The position numbers were made by a program, and so were the translations under genes. 64,000 nt of DNA. It comes from Eutreptiella sp. 'Long Island Sound 2002' (taxonomy: Eukaryota; Protista; Euglenida). The stretch lies in contig OZ038378.1 in NCBI GenBank assembly GCA_964036045.1, forward strand, positions 182,218,001-182,282,000. The letters run 5' to 3'. A model generated the notes under the pieces. It was not told the origin of the DNA. It did not search any database and saw only the letters and a program-made list of their open reading frames with translations. Shown here in pieces: positions 21,312-33,710 of the stretch (the stretch's first letter is position 1; each line of letters opens with the position of its first letter).

Positions 21312-24300
21312 CAGATGATGATGCACCCCCCCCACCCCCCGCTCTGCTAACATAACCTGCTACCCGACCCTCTCGCTCTCTTTGAATCCGCCTCCTTCAC
21401 CCCCAATCCAACGGGTGGACAACCAACCCCCCTATCCACGCGTGCAAGATTCCCTCCGCAAAGGTGAACCAGTGCGTACACCCGGAAGTACCAACCGGCA
21501 TACTCACTCAGCCTTGATCCCCCCCCCCCCTTTGCTTGCGGCCATAGCAGTCAAAGAGTCTGTGGCATGGGTGGCGTTGCATAGCCTTGGAGGTTCAAGA
21601 GTCTCCTGCTCTGTTCCTTTAATCACTGCCACTTCCACCATCACCTTTGGAGTCGGGACAAAGGCTCCGTTAGGATTTCCGGCCCATACGTGTGCCTCCT
21701 CTGCATCCGGTGGCCCCTCCAGTGGGAGCGGCGAGGGCCAAGAGACGTAAGTCTTCCATGGCCTCTGCCCGGAGCAGTCTCGCTGGTGGTGATTTGGTCC
21801 GCGTAGTTAATCTCGTCATCATCAGCGCGTGCAATATCAGCCACTTCATCATCAACCAAATGCAGGGAGAGCTGCAGATGAGAGTGTCATTGGGCATGGC
21901 CAGGCTACCTGCCGGCATCAGTTGGGGTCCTCAAAATGCCAGCAGTCTTGGGTCTTTTGGCCGGTAGTACGATGTTAGTGCATCCGGGAAGCATTAATGC
22001 ATGCCTTTTGCAATCCTTGCATATCAAACCTTACTCATAGTCCTTGGTGGCTTTTCAACAATCGCCTTGGTCACTATGGATTGCAAGGCTCGTGGTGTTC
22101 CATGTGGCCCTTTGCCCCATATATTGATGTGTTCCTAGCCTCTGTTTGGTGGGCAAGATTGTCTGGTGTTTTTTTTCCTTAATGTGGTATCTCCACCACC
22201 CTCTTTTGACGAGGCGAGGCCCTTGCAAGAGATGCATGGGGTCACCAACCCAGCCAAAGAATTTCTCGGGCTGCCTCTTGATGATGGCAATATGATATGG
22301 CACTAGCAGCTGAGCACCTTAACCCATGGGTGCAATTTACCAATTCGCATGACCAAATCGCTCTTGCACGGGGGACAAGAACAGCCACCACCCGACCTTG
22401 GGACTTCTTTGCAAATGGCGCTGCCAAAAGAGCCGATCAAATGCAATTTCTACTGTCAGATTGGTCTGAGTCACCTTTGTCACTAATACTCCACCAGATA
22501 TGCTGATGCAATTATTTGAATATGTGTTCATGCAGTGCTGTGGAGTCCGAGAGCGGTGCACGTCCGCCTGCTGATGAGTACCATCCATTACTGGCCGACG
22601 AGGAAGCAATTCCAACGCTGTACAATTTAGTGCCCAAGGCTTTGAAGGTCCACCTCTCTCGGCATCCAATCGTTCTGTGAGAATTCGGGTTGGTTTGGCT
22701 GTGCTTTTTCTTGTGATAGTAAGGAATACTGGTGCAGGACTGCTGGTGATAGTGGCATAGCAAACGTGTCGTTGATACTGTTCATGTTTTCTATTGGCAA
22801 GTGGAAAGTTCATTTGCGTGGTTGAGCCGTCGAGCGACGAGCCCCACCCATCACCCCTCCGTTGCGCCCTCCAAACTTCACCATCATCCGAATTGAACGC
22901 CCCCACCCCCCACCCCCCACCCCCCGCCCTCCCTCCGAGCACTGGACACTGGGTGTGCTGCACAGTGCCCTTACCAAGGGTTGAGAAAATTAGCTGGGGA
23001 TAGCTTTCAAGGGGGAAAAATATGCGTGAAGGTTTGGTGTGTAATTTTCCCCCCTACTTTTAAGGATTTCCAAGTCTGGTCGGGCTTGACCTTGAATTAT
23101 GCTTTCACAGAACCCTATAGATTTTGTGTAGCCCCCACCCCCCCCCCATTTTTAAGGAAAGTTGCATTTTTTTCCCCGACAGGTTTTTTCAGAACATAAT
23201 TTCGCACGCACGTATTTTCTCAATTCCGGGTACCAGCCGTCACCCTCCCAAGTTGCGCAAATGGGGCCCATTCGGAGTCTACAATCACAAGAAGCGGGAT
23301 TTGCCTGCGGACGCTGTTCGCCTCAGTGGCATTGCATGCACAGGAAGAGTCTCCTCCAGCCTCCATTGAGCGGCGGGGCGCCATTCCAACCCATTCCTGT
23401 AATAGGGCCCCGCAGGTACATGGTGGTGCTGATGGCAAAAGCAATGGCGATGGCAATGGCGACGGCGACGGTCACTTTTTGACACAACGTCTCCAACACT
23501 CTCTGCCCTCATTCAAATGCCCACAAACTGTTGCTTCACGAAAAAGATTACAATTTTGGCCGGTGTTGGCCAACTGTACCGCAAACCGTGCGGATGATAT
23601 TCCCTGGGCCCGAGACAGTCCCCTTCGGTGGGAAGTACAGCGTCGGGACAAGCCGCAGTCTCAACTCCGTCATTCTGCTTTTGGCGGGTCGTGGTAGCCT
23701 CTGGTGCCTCTAATCCCCGCCGCCTTCCATGCGACGGCCACAACGGGCAGCATTGCAAATCAATACAAAGGCGGCTGCAGAACCCCAAGGCGAAGGCGCG
23801 CTGTCGCGGCAGTTCTCTCACCACATTTTTGCACCTCAGGAGAGTCCGGTACCTCCGCACCCGCGGTGGTTGGTGCGTTCATGGAAGTGCGGCCCTGGGG
23901 CCCTTGCGCCGGGCTCCAGCTTAACGAGTGCATTGTTGACCTCTCGGAACGCCATTTCCAATGCCCCCCCATTGTGCCCTTGCCTGTACCCGTGGCTTTT
24001 CAGGTGCCACCTCAAGCGCAACTCCCCTCTGCCACGGCTCTCGCAAAGTTTCTTGACAGTGTCCAAGGCCCAGGTGTGCCCAGACGTCTTTGCGTTATTT
24101 TGTTGTTGTTTGTCAGGGGGGCTGCAGGGCCTGTGGGGAACTGCAGTGTCACAGATGTAGTTCAGTGCATGGGCAGAGGTAGGACAGGGGAACTGCTGAT
24201 GGCTGTCCAGGCCTGAATGAAAGGGTTCTTTGGTGATCGGTTTTTAACGATTAGCGGTGGGCTTTGTGAAAGTTATCGCCAACATCACATTTCTTGGGCT

Positions 24301-25212
24301 GCCGCGGTTTTGCACATTTCGTACACATGATGTCACTGACCTTTCGGTGGGTTCCTGGGCTCTCCTGGCTTTCCTGTTCATGTGTGTTGGTGGGTGTGGT
24401 TAAATGTTGGTGAGTGATGGGTGTTGGCGGCACCAACACTCACCAATGCTTCCCGACGCTCCCTAATACGCCACAACAACCACCCACACCAATATACACT
24501 CATGATTGCTCCAGGCACCCTTCAATATCCCCCAACACTACTGGCCACGTTAACATACGCCGACATTTACTTCTCAACAACACTTCCGAACACTCACCAA
24601 CATCCCCTGACACTCACCAACACTACCCTGACATTCACCTGCGTGCGACCAGTGTGCCAATCACTAGAGCCAATGGCTTGTGGAAGTGTGGTTTTGGTGT
24701 GGAAGAGGATTGCAAACATGATATGTCATCATTGTCCATCACCACAAGGCCCCTGGAGGCGATCCACGGCCTTCGAAGCAGTCAAAAGCAGCCATAACCT
24801 GCAAATTTGCTCATTGTGGGGTCAATTTGAGTCATTATGGGGCCAAAATACGGGGTTCTATTGTGCCACGTGGGTCAAAAGGGTGCAAAACAATGCTTCT
24901 TTGGATTTTGCAAGCATTTACTGTGTACGACCCCTTCCGCAAGCATCCTAGGCACCCAAAATTGTTGAAAATGCAAGTTCAGTTGATATTTAATAGATTC
25001 TGAGACCTACATCTGCCATTTGTAGCACCAGTTTCCGGCCGCCACTATCGAGTTTCTTGCTCGATCTGTGAGGGGTTGGGTAGTGTGGTGCTAAATTGGA
25101 CTATTGGGGCTAACCTGCACGTAGGCAGTACTGATGCACACTGCCTCACCTCTGCCACAGAACAAAAGACGTCTCTTCAGCTGCTTTTGTGTGCTTTATT
25201 CGCGTTCTTATC

Positions 25213-25215
<3 letters not shown>

Positions 25216-25247
<32 letters not shown>
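25216..25247 (+). repeat. (GT)16 microsatellite
   Basis: Directly visible. Confidence 0.95.
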
Positions 25248-25248
<1 letters not shown>

Positions 25249-26489
25249 GAACTGAATGTTCTTCCTGTGTGTGTATGACTAGGTGGGGGCACCCAGCACG
25301 GCATGTCATGTATATGAATGGCTCTGGTTTGAACAATCACGAAGGACTCCTCCGTGGATGCATCTAGGTTTAATAAAGGGCTGTGCTTGCCTCATGTTTG
25401 CGATACTACTGGTGACTTTGGTCTGAACGAGAACTGGTTATACGGGTCTGGCGCAATCCAGATGACCCAATTGGTGAAGCAACGCTGTTCTGACCACGTG
25501 CTATGCGCAATACCACCCCTCCCAAACCCCCAGTCGGGGCCGGGGGTGTCAGGTGCCAGCAAGCGGGGTACACAGTCTTCGTGCGCATTGCACACATGGG
25601 ACACGGCACACATAAGCACAAGCAAGCTGCATGCAACCCATACACACTTTGCACATTTTGTACATGAAATCCCGTTGCTTGGAAACCTGGGGTGGCGTAG
25701 CGGTGGGGGATTGGTGAAGGGGATAGGGGTGAATGACTGCAAGCAATCCCCTGGGGCTGACATCATGCACGGGCAAGGAATTGAAAAAAGCAAATCCTAT
25801 GCCCTTGCTAAACTGATGAACACATTAATTCTTAAAAACTCAGGGATTGTGTGGATGGGTGGGTGAAGTTTTCAGGTGGGGTATGTCGAAAGAGCAAAGC
25901 CCATTTGCTCAACACTTGGCACAAAACAAACAATTATGTGTACAGTAAACTGTCCAGAGTAGGTCGCAGCCAAAGGCTCTGCACACTTGGCACAGGGCAG
26001 GTACATAAGGTCCAGCAGACGGACAGTGTGGGCCTCCAGCAGACTTACCCTGTTCAACAGAGCCGTCCATTGGGTGGCAACTGGAATCAATTCACCGAGG
26101 AGGCATTTGCCTCTCATACAACTTTGCTGTCCCTTTTGGCGAACAACTGCAGTAATTGTGCTTGCTATGTGCCTGACCTTGCCTTGGCAGCACCTGCGGA
26201 ACATCCCTGTGCAAGTGTCAATGTCCTCACGGCATTAGAATGACCAAACAGTTCGAGATATTCTGGCCTCCCACAGTCCAATTCACACATGACACACACA
26301 CATACACTATGTTACGACCAAAACAGAAGCGCGAAAGAAGAATTCTCTCACTCTGGAACAGATACTCTAGAGTATGGGGCATGCTAGCCGGCAACTGCCA
26401 GCAAGGTGTGCAGTGTTGCTTCCTTGTCCTGACGGCTTGGCTGCATATCTTTGGAGGTCGTTTGCGCCAACGGGATCCCTGCCCCACAG

Positions 26490-29400
26490 CGTCCATCATT
26501 CTCTCGACGAATGTTGCATCACAACTGATGCAGAAATCAAGGTCTCAAAGCCGTCCGAGTCAAAGCCGCTTAAGCCAAATCCGGCGCAGTCCCCTGAGGT
26601 CGAAGAACAGATGTACCCTCTGGATTTTGAGCCTCCCGAGCCCGGCAGCGGCGGCGAGGTGCGCCTCTCACATCCCCCGCCTCCCAATGCAAATCCTCTC
26701 GATCCAAACTCAGAGAACACGAGGTTGTTGCCATCAGGCCCGCGGCTGAGACCAGGAACGGGGACTTTGGTGAAGTGCAACATGGCAACACCCATGCGGC
26801 TGTGTCCGTACCCCCCGCCCCCTGCCCCTCAACACGCACAAAACGAAACGCACGAGCCACAACCACGACGCACACACAACCCACAACCGCAAACAGCAAA
26901 ACGGCACTGCTGCGTCGCACCGCTGTGTCGCCACACCCCTGCATGGCCAAAAATTGCACACAGCACACATGCACAAATACACGCGCGCGCGGAAAAGTGG
27001 AGCATTGGGGCACTTCTTCAAGGGTGCATATTTGGTGGGGTGTCCCGTGCAAATATTATCTATTTGCGAGAACAATTAATTTCCAGCACAAGATTGTGTT
27101 TTACCGCAAAAAAAATCGTTTTTTTTGCCCCCGCCCCCCCCCTTCTGACTTGAACACACCTGTGCAGCATGGTGCATCACTTTTCTTCGTTGCCTCCCTT
27201 GCTTGTGTATGCTATGGACTGCAAGCTCAGAGTCCAAGTGATCCACATTTGTATGCCTGTAGGAATGGACTGCAATCCCAGAGTCCAAGGTACCCCAGGT
27301 CTTTTTTAGTTGCGCCCCCCCCCCCCCCCCTCCAGGGGGCCAAACGCAAAATTGAAATTCAAACCCAAAGAAATCTTTTGGCTCAGTCAACCAAAAACGG
27401 CACCGCAAAATTGAATACCCCAGAAAAACCGTCGCAAAAATGAAACAATTTTCCCCTACTTTGGTGTTGTCGCAAAAGTTTTGCGCAAATAAATTTCAAA
27501 ACACCCAACGCAAAAATTAGTATTCCGCAAAACGTCAATGTAGGCATAGATCCACGCTGTATTCAGGTGACCACCTCTTCTGGGGATCAACCTTGGTGGA
27601 GTTTCTAAGCTGCCTACCGCTTTCTAGGAAGCCCATCCATGATTTGCTCCACGTTGTATTCAAGCAACCACCTCTTCAGGGCTGCAGACATGCATCATCT
27701 TGAAGCGACCCTTGTTCTGGGGGCAAACGTGGAGGGCTGTTTTGTACACAAGTCACCTCTCATGCCACGGCTCCATTGCTTTCCCCATGCTGATTTCAAT
27801 AACAATGCGCGAATGAATAATAAAATTACCCAAAATGTCCGCTGGGGCTTTGTGCTTCACCTCCTCCGGTCGCAACGGCAGTTGTTGGGTTCGTCTTTTT
27901 TTTTTTTTTTTTTTTTTTTGAAAAAAGGTGTATGCAGGTTACAGCAAAAAACAGTTGTTTTCTCCCTCACTTTTTTGGTACACGGGTTACATAAAGAATA
28001 CAGTTTAATCATACAGCAAAACAAGAAAAGCACACGGCTTACGCTTTTTCCCTTGCGCAGGCTGCATTTTCCACCGTGATCTCTTTCTCGGACAAGAGGT
28101 TGGCCTTCAAGTCAGACCATGAGTCCGCCAATTGAAAGGCCCAGAACTGACGGACCCCATCAAGGGATGCATCGGCCTCAACTACGCTGTCCTTGCTTTT
28201 TTGTGGGATGAAGCATACCGATTTTCCTCTGGGGCAGTGGAGATGATTTGGGCGTCTCACACACATGCGCGCGCATGTGCTCTCGTACACACGCACACAG
28301 CCTTTCTGTAGGAGACTGTTGCACTGATGTAGCCATTTGTGCAGACCAGACCCCCGTTCGGATGTTCCCTGCTTCCAGTCCCCCGCTGCTCGCCCATGTG
28401 AACCCATTTCCAAATGCAGTGCATGAGCATCCCACTTTTTCAGAGAGAACTGTCTGTGGACGTCCATGCATTAACTCCTCGTGGCCAGCTCTCGGCAGCA
28501 GCAGCAGCAGCAGAAAGAGTTACGACTCCAACTTTTTTGCGCTGGCAGGCGCTGCAGGTGCTGCTTTCCTGCGCCTCATTGCACAGGGATATTCCTGTAC
28601 CCCTACTGTTGCCATGTTGTCAATTTGAATTACTCATCATCGCTGGAGGTGCCAACTTCGAAGCCAATAGAACAGAGAGCTGGATTGTCCGTGAACAGGA
28701 GTAGATCATATCGACGCTCTGCACCATACTGACTGACATCCAACTTCTTCTTCTTCTTCCACTGCAGAAGCAGCCCTAACTGCAGTAAATGATCTGTGCA
28801 TAGGCAATCTGGACATAGGTGAACCTCACAGCGTTCTTCAAGGCACAACAATTGCTTTTGCCGAGCACACGTACGCCCTCTGAGAACGCCACCCTGGGTT
28901 GGGGGTTGCGAGCCCTCGACCCCAGCCCTGCCGCACCCAACACCCACCCTACCCTACACCACACCACACCACCCGAGATTCCTCTTTGCTCGAGGAACCA
29001 TTGTTTGCCTTCCGGCTTTGGGCCCTGCAATACAGCTGGGGTTTGCGGCAATTGCTTGCTTCTGCGCTCCGGGCATCTGATATTGCAGGGTCATGCACGC
29101 ATTGTTTGCCTCCTCACTCCAATACCCTCGCACTCGTACTGCACTTGGTGCGATGATGATCAGTAGCATACAGACTCAAGTGATGATGAGGGGGTGGAGG
29201 TCTGTCCACTTCTCTCTAGACATATGGAAACCCCTTTTGCGACCAGCAACAGCGGTACTGGCAGAAACAGCAACAGCAACAGCAAAGTGCCGATTATGTG
29301 CCGCATGTTTTCAGTGAATGTTGTTGCTTCATTTTGTTTGGATGAATGCATGCGTGGCTGGATACAAAATTGTTCCCTTGGCAGCAAAACGAGGGCAGAA

Positions 29401-31773
29401 AGCCACGGAAGAGGATTCACCCCATTGTAGTGTGTAGTTCCAAAGCGGAGACCGTTCCGCCAACTGGTTGGCGGGTGGCGTCTTACCAATAAACCGGAGG
29501 CGCTCTTGGTACTTCAACAAATTGCAACTCCAACACTCCGACAAATTATTCTGGGGCGCACCTCCAATGCATTGGATGCTCCCTAGAGTGCCCCCAACAC
29601 ATGGAATATCCAACATCCTTTGAAGAGTACCTGCAATTGGAGGTACTCCCAAGGGCATGTCCAGTCCTCCAATGCATTGGAAGTACTCCTGGTCCCCCAT
29701 GGTGTCTCACTGCACGACTCCTGTCCACACCACAACGGAATCCCATCGCCCCCGCCCGGCAGCAGGATGCGTGTGCAACGTTCGGACAGGGCTCCACGAT
29801 GATCGAGCCCGAGAATGACGAGCAGGTCAGGGGCAATGCAGCCCTTGAGAGTACCGGGGAGACTGGCAGCGATGACGACCCCGAGCGGGCCTACGGGGTG
29901 AACTTGGACGGACAACCGAAGTACGCTGTTCCCCGTGGTGTCGCCGAGGTATGCAGTGTGCTTTATAGGATGGGCTGTGGAATCCCGCCCTACAGGCGAC
30001 GACACGGATAGGGATCGTTGGCGTCCGGTTGGTGCGCCGAGCATTCTTTTTCTCAGCAGTGGAGGGGAAATGGGCTGAGGTCTGCGTTGTGACGGCCCCA
30101 AATCGATCTGATCAAGGGGGCAAGCACAGCGTTACATTACAACGCCCACAAAACCAACAACGCACACCGAAACACACGGTGCACTGCACCCCACGCAATC
30201 CGTGCTGACTCGACGCGACTCGAGTTCCAGTCACACCAGTCGCAAAATTTGCCACAGATGAAAATTGGCATTGTTGGCCTCATTTTATGGGGATTCTTTT
30301 TGCGGTTATTTTGGAACCCGTTGGAAAGGGGAGGCGACGTGACACGAGTGCTGTGGGGCTTCGTGACCCATCAGCAATGCATCCCTGTCTGCCTTCAGCA
30401 GCTCTTGGACGTTTACACGTGCTTGCCCAACGGCATTGGGGGGGGGGATGCAAATGCATTTTGTTGCTTTTTTTTTTTGCATCTTCGTTGCTGCAGTTAC
30501 CGTTGTTTTCTTGTGGCAATCTATGGACAAATTTGTGTCACGTGCCGCTGCAAATGATGCTGGTGCTCATGTTGATGAAGCCCCTCAGCTGCCCAGTGGT
30601 GAAAGTGAAAGTGAAGATGACTTAAAAGAACCGGAGGAAACAGAAGGTGAAATGGGTCCAAAACCACACCAGCATCAAAGGCACAGCAGTGTTTTTCCAG
30701 TGCGTTTGAAGTCCGAGGTGACAGCATGTGGCGTTGTGCATGTCAGAAGCCAATCTGCTGCAAAACATGTCTTGCATTGCTCCATGTGTACACTGTTTCT
30801 TGGGTTGCATTTGGGTTGCATGATGCGTCACCTCGTGAGCCAGAGGGGCTGCACGCGGGCTGCTCCCTTGCGCCCTTCCCAGGGAGACTGTGTCGGCAAA
30901 CTTCCCGCCAGCACATGCTGGGCGCCGAGCAACCACAACCACTACCACTACGCTGCCCCTCTCCATTCCTGCACCATACACCCCCCCTCCCCCTCCTACC
31001 CTCGTCCCTTGGGGAGTAATGAGGGGCAACAAAAGACCCCCTGTTGTTTTAAGGGTGGGCAATACACCTGACATCCGCTCGAAGAACGCCTCGGTGGCAT
31101 GGGTGCAACCCGGACAGAAGCTAGCCCTCGGTGCTTTGTAGCCTCGTTCACCACCGTCCAGAGGTGCACAGGGGGCTGACTTGCAGGAGGGGCACCGGCG
31201 TGAGTAGATGATGCCCAAAAAACAAGGTAGCCCCAGTGCATGCTCTGTCACAACAGTCCCCAGCAAAAAACCCAGTTTTGAGGGGGAGACTAATCAAGAA
31301 AGACTTGGGACTGGCAAACGTATCAGTGTTCCTGGCTTATTGACTGAAAACCGCAGCTCCTCCCTGCCCCAGAGGGGGTACTGCACGGGACCCCGCTAGC
31401 CTTAGGGTGTAATTTTCAAACGGCCAGCTTCCAGCGACACTGCGCAAGCACATCAACACCCACCGCATCGGCTATGTTGTGCCGTTGTCCCAATTCTCTT
31501 CAGATTGCCTCTGACGATGAAGAAAACCAAGATGAAGAGGTATTTGACGACGTAGACCAAAGTCCAGAGAAGGCACAACCCCAATCCGCGACTCCCACGC
31601 AAAACCAAGACCAGATTGCAATCACAAGCCAATTGGAAACCCAACTTCCAGGTGAACTGCACGACAGCATTCATATTGAAATCAGGAGTGCTTCCCATGA
31701 TGTAGATACAACATTCTCCAAACCTTTGACGCCAAGAAATCAGGACCCAGCCCATTTACAAGCTTTGCCTTAA
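26490..31773 (+). CDS. Tentative spliced gene for an acidic, Pro/Ser-rich disordered protein (candidate exons 26490-26658, 29790-29948, 31504-31773)
   Basis: Three AG..GT-bounded open blocks with compatible phase-0 junctions: VHHSLDEC..EPGSGGE | GSTMIEPENDEQ..PRGVAE | IASDDEENQDEE..LQALP*. No domain recognised; the blocks could be unrelated repeat fragments. Confidence 0.3.
28630..29550 (-). pseudogene. Degraded ORF ending in a Cys-rich domain reminiscent of the piggyBac C-terminal CRD
   Basis: One reading frame with scattered stops ending ..TCARQKQLLCLEERCEVHLCPDCLCTDH.. (C..C.V.LC..C...H pattern). Confidence 0.3.
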
Positions 31774-32929
31774 TTTTCCTGTTTCTAGCCCAATCCAGGC
31801 ATCTCCTGTAGGCATATCATTATTCTGACCATCTGTAAACTCACAGTGCCTTTTGCATCCTTTCCTATTCAGTGCACCACATCCAGCTTCAGTATCCCCA
31901 GTCCTCTTAACCCATTGGGTCTTTTGATTATGAAGGATCCCCATCCGAATTTGTGCTGAACCGCAGTCTAACGATTGCATGCATTTCATATCCATTCCAA
32001 TTTCACCTCTCAGCAATGCTCTGAAGCAGAATATGCATTCTGATTGCACCGTTCTGGAACCCTTCTTCGCTGTCTGCTGGTAGATTTTTTGGGATGCTGA
32101 TATTTACCGGCTGCCTCACCACACTACCAGCACGCTGGACTATCATGTGAAGTCAAATGCAACCAAATTGAATAATCCATCCCCAAGATGGTTGTACTTT
32201 GTGACAAGATTGAATTGCACAATGACCAAAATCTGTGTGCTTCAGAGCCGCTCAGTATATGTACTTGCACTGAGCATATCTACCCATGGGCTCCCCAGAG
32301 GTCCGGCCCAGTGATATCTGTTTTTTGTGGCCTGAGATTCTTTTTGAGCTGCAAACCCAGCTGGGCAAATCCCTGTATCTGAAGCATTGCATGACTCCCA
32401 TCTGTCACTGTAGCCATGTCATGAAAAATGGTGGACAGTGGAAGGAAATCTTTTCTGGGTTTGTTTTTTTCCGTTTGAAAATGAGGCATCTGCGGAATGA
32501 AAACCCCCTATTTGCTGAGTTCAGTGTCGGCAGAGCATTATAACAAATAGTGCCAATTTTTTCGAGGTAACCGAGCAATTGGCTCACCTGGCTCACTGCA
32601 ATTGGCTCACCAGAATAGCCAGGTCCAAGTTTGCTTCTTTTGTCTAATTCTGCGCATTTCTATCTTTTCTCTCAATTGTTGGTGGTGCTCAAACATGCAA
32701 CTTTCTCCACAAAAATGACGGAATTTTGAAATTGACAAATCCAAGTTTTTTTTGACATTTTTCCGCCAATGGTCAGATTTTCTCAAACCGATGAAATCTT
32801 CACAACCACAAAGACGCGTACATTTTGGAGAATCATGATGATTTCTGAAGCAGCCCAGGACCCGAATTCTGCTGTCCGAAAACACAACATTTCAGAATGT
32901 CAGAGGTGACGCAGAAATCGAAATGGTCC

Positions 32930-33095
32930 CGGGCATCAAACTACCCCCAACTGGAGATAAAACTACCCCCCCGGGTGGTTTTATGCCCACTTTTAAGGGG
33001 GATAAAACCACCCTTTTGGGAGGATACAACCACCACTTTTGGGGAATAAACCCACCCATTTTTTTAAAACCACCCCGGGGTGGTTTTATGCCACC
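32930..33095. repeat. MITE-like array of GGGGATAAAACCACC / GGGGTGGTTTTATGCC motifs (cluster 1)
   Basis: ggcatcaaactaccccc at about 32932 is the inverse of ggggtggttttatgcc ending at 33092; several internal copies. Confidence 0.65.
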
Positions 33096-33464
33096 AAAGC
33101 AACAAATGACACAACACAACAAACAAAAGCGGTCTGAGCAATGCTGCCACAAAAGCAATGCATGTGGAAGTAGATGAATGGCAAACCCAAACCATGTTTG
33201 AAGTCCCATCTCAGACCCCACTTGTACAATTGTCCTCAGCCAGGTCAAACATCCTATAACACTTATACAAAGAGCAATGTGAAGCAAAACACTGAGTGTA
33301 AAACCATATGTCGTCCATTGACCCTCCATCACCTCTCGTACCACCCAACCCAAAATGGAAATGCAGCAAGCCCCCGCCCCCATCCCCAAGGGTGTTCTTA
33401 GACGTAAGGCAACTTGTTTTCCGGTACTGTGGTTCTGGGTTGACAGATAACATCACCGAAAAGG

Positions 33465-33710
33465 GCGATAAAACCACCACAAAGGGGTGATAACCCCCCT
33501 CCCAAAATGACCTAATGGGGGGATAAAACCATCTTTTTGGGGAGAAAACACCACCCATTTGGGGGGATAAAACCACCCCTCCCAAAAGGGGGGGGGGGGT
33601 AAAACTACCCCCGAGTGGCATAAAACCGCCCCCCGGGGTCATAAATGGCCAAAAAGGGGGTTGAGGAGTGGTTTTAACTCCCATTTGGGGGTGGTTTTAT
33701 ACCAACGTCC
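33465..33710. repeat. Second cluster of the GGGGATAAAACCACC repeat family
   Basis: Repeated gataaaaccacc / taaaactacccc units ending in the inverse gggggtggttttatacc. Confidence 0.7.
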
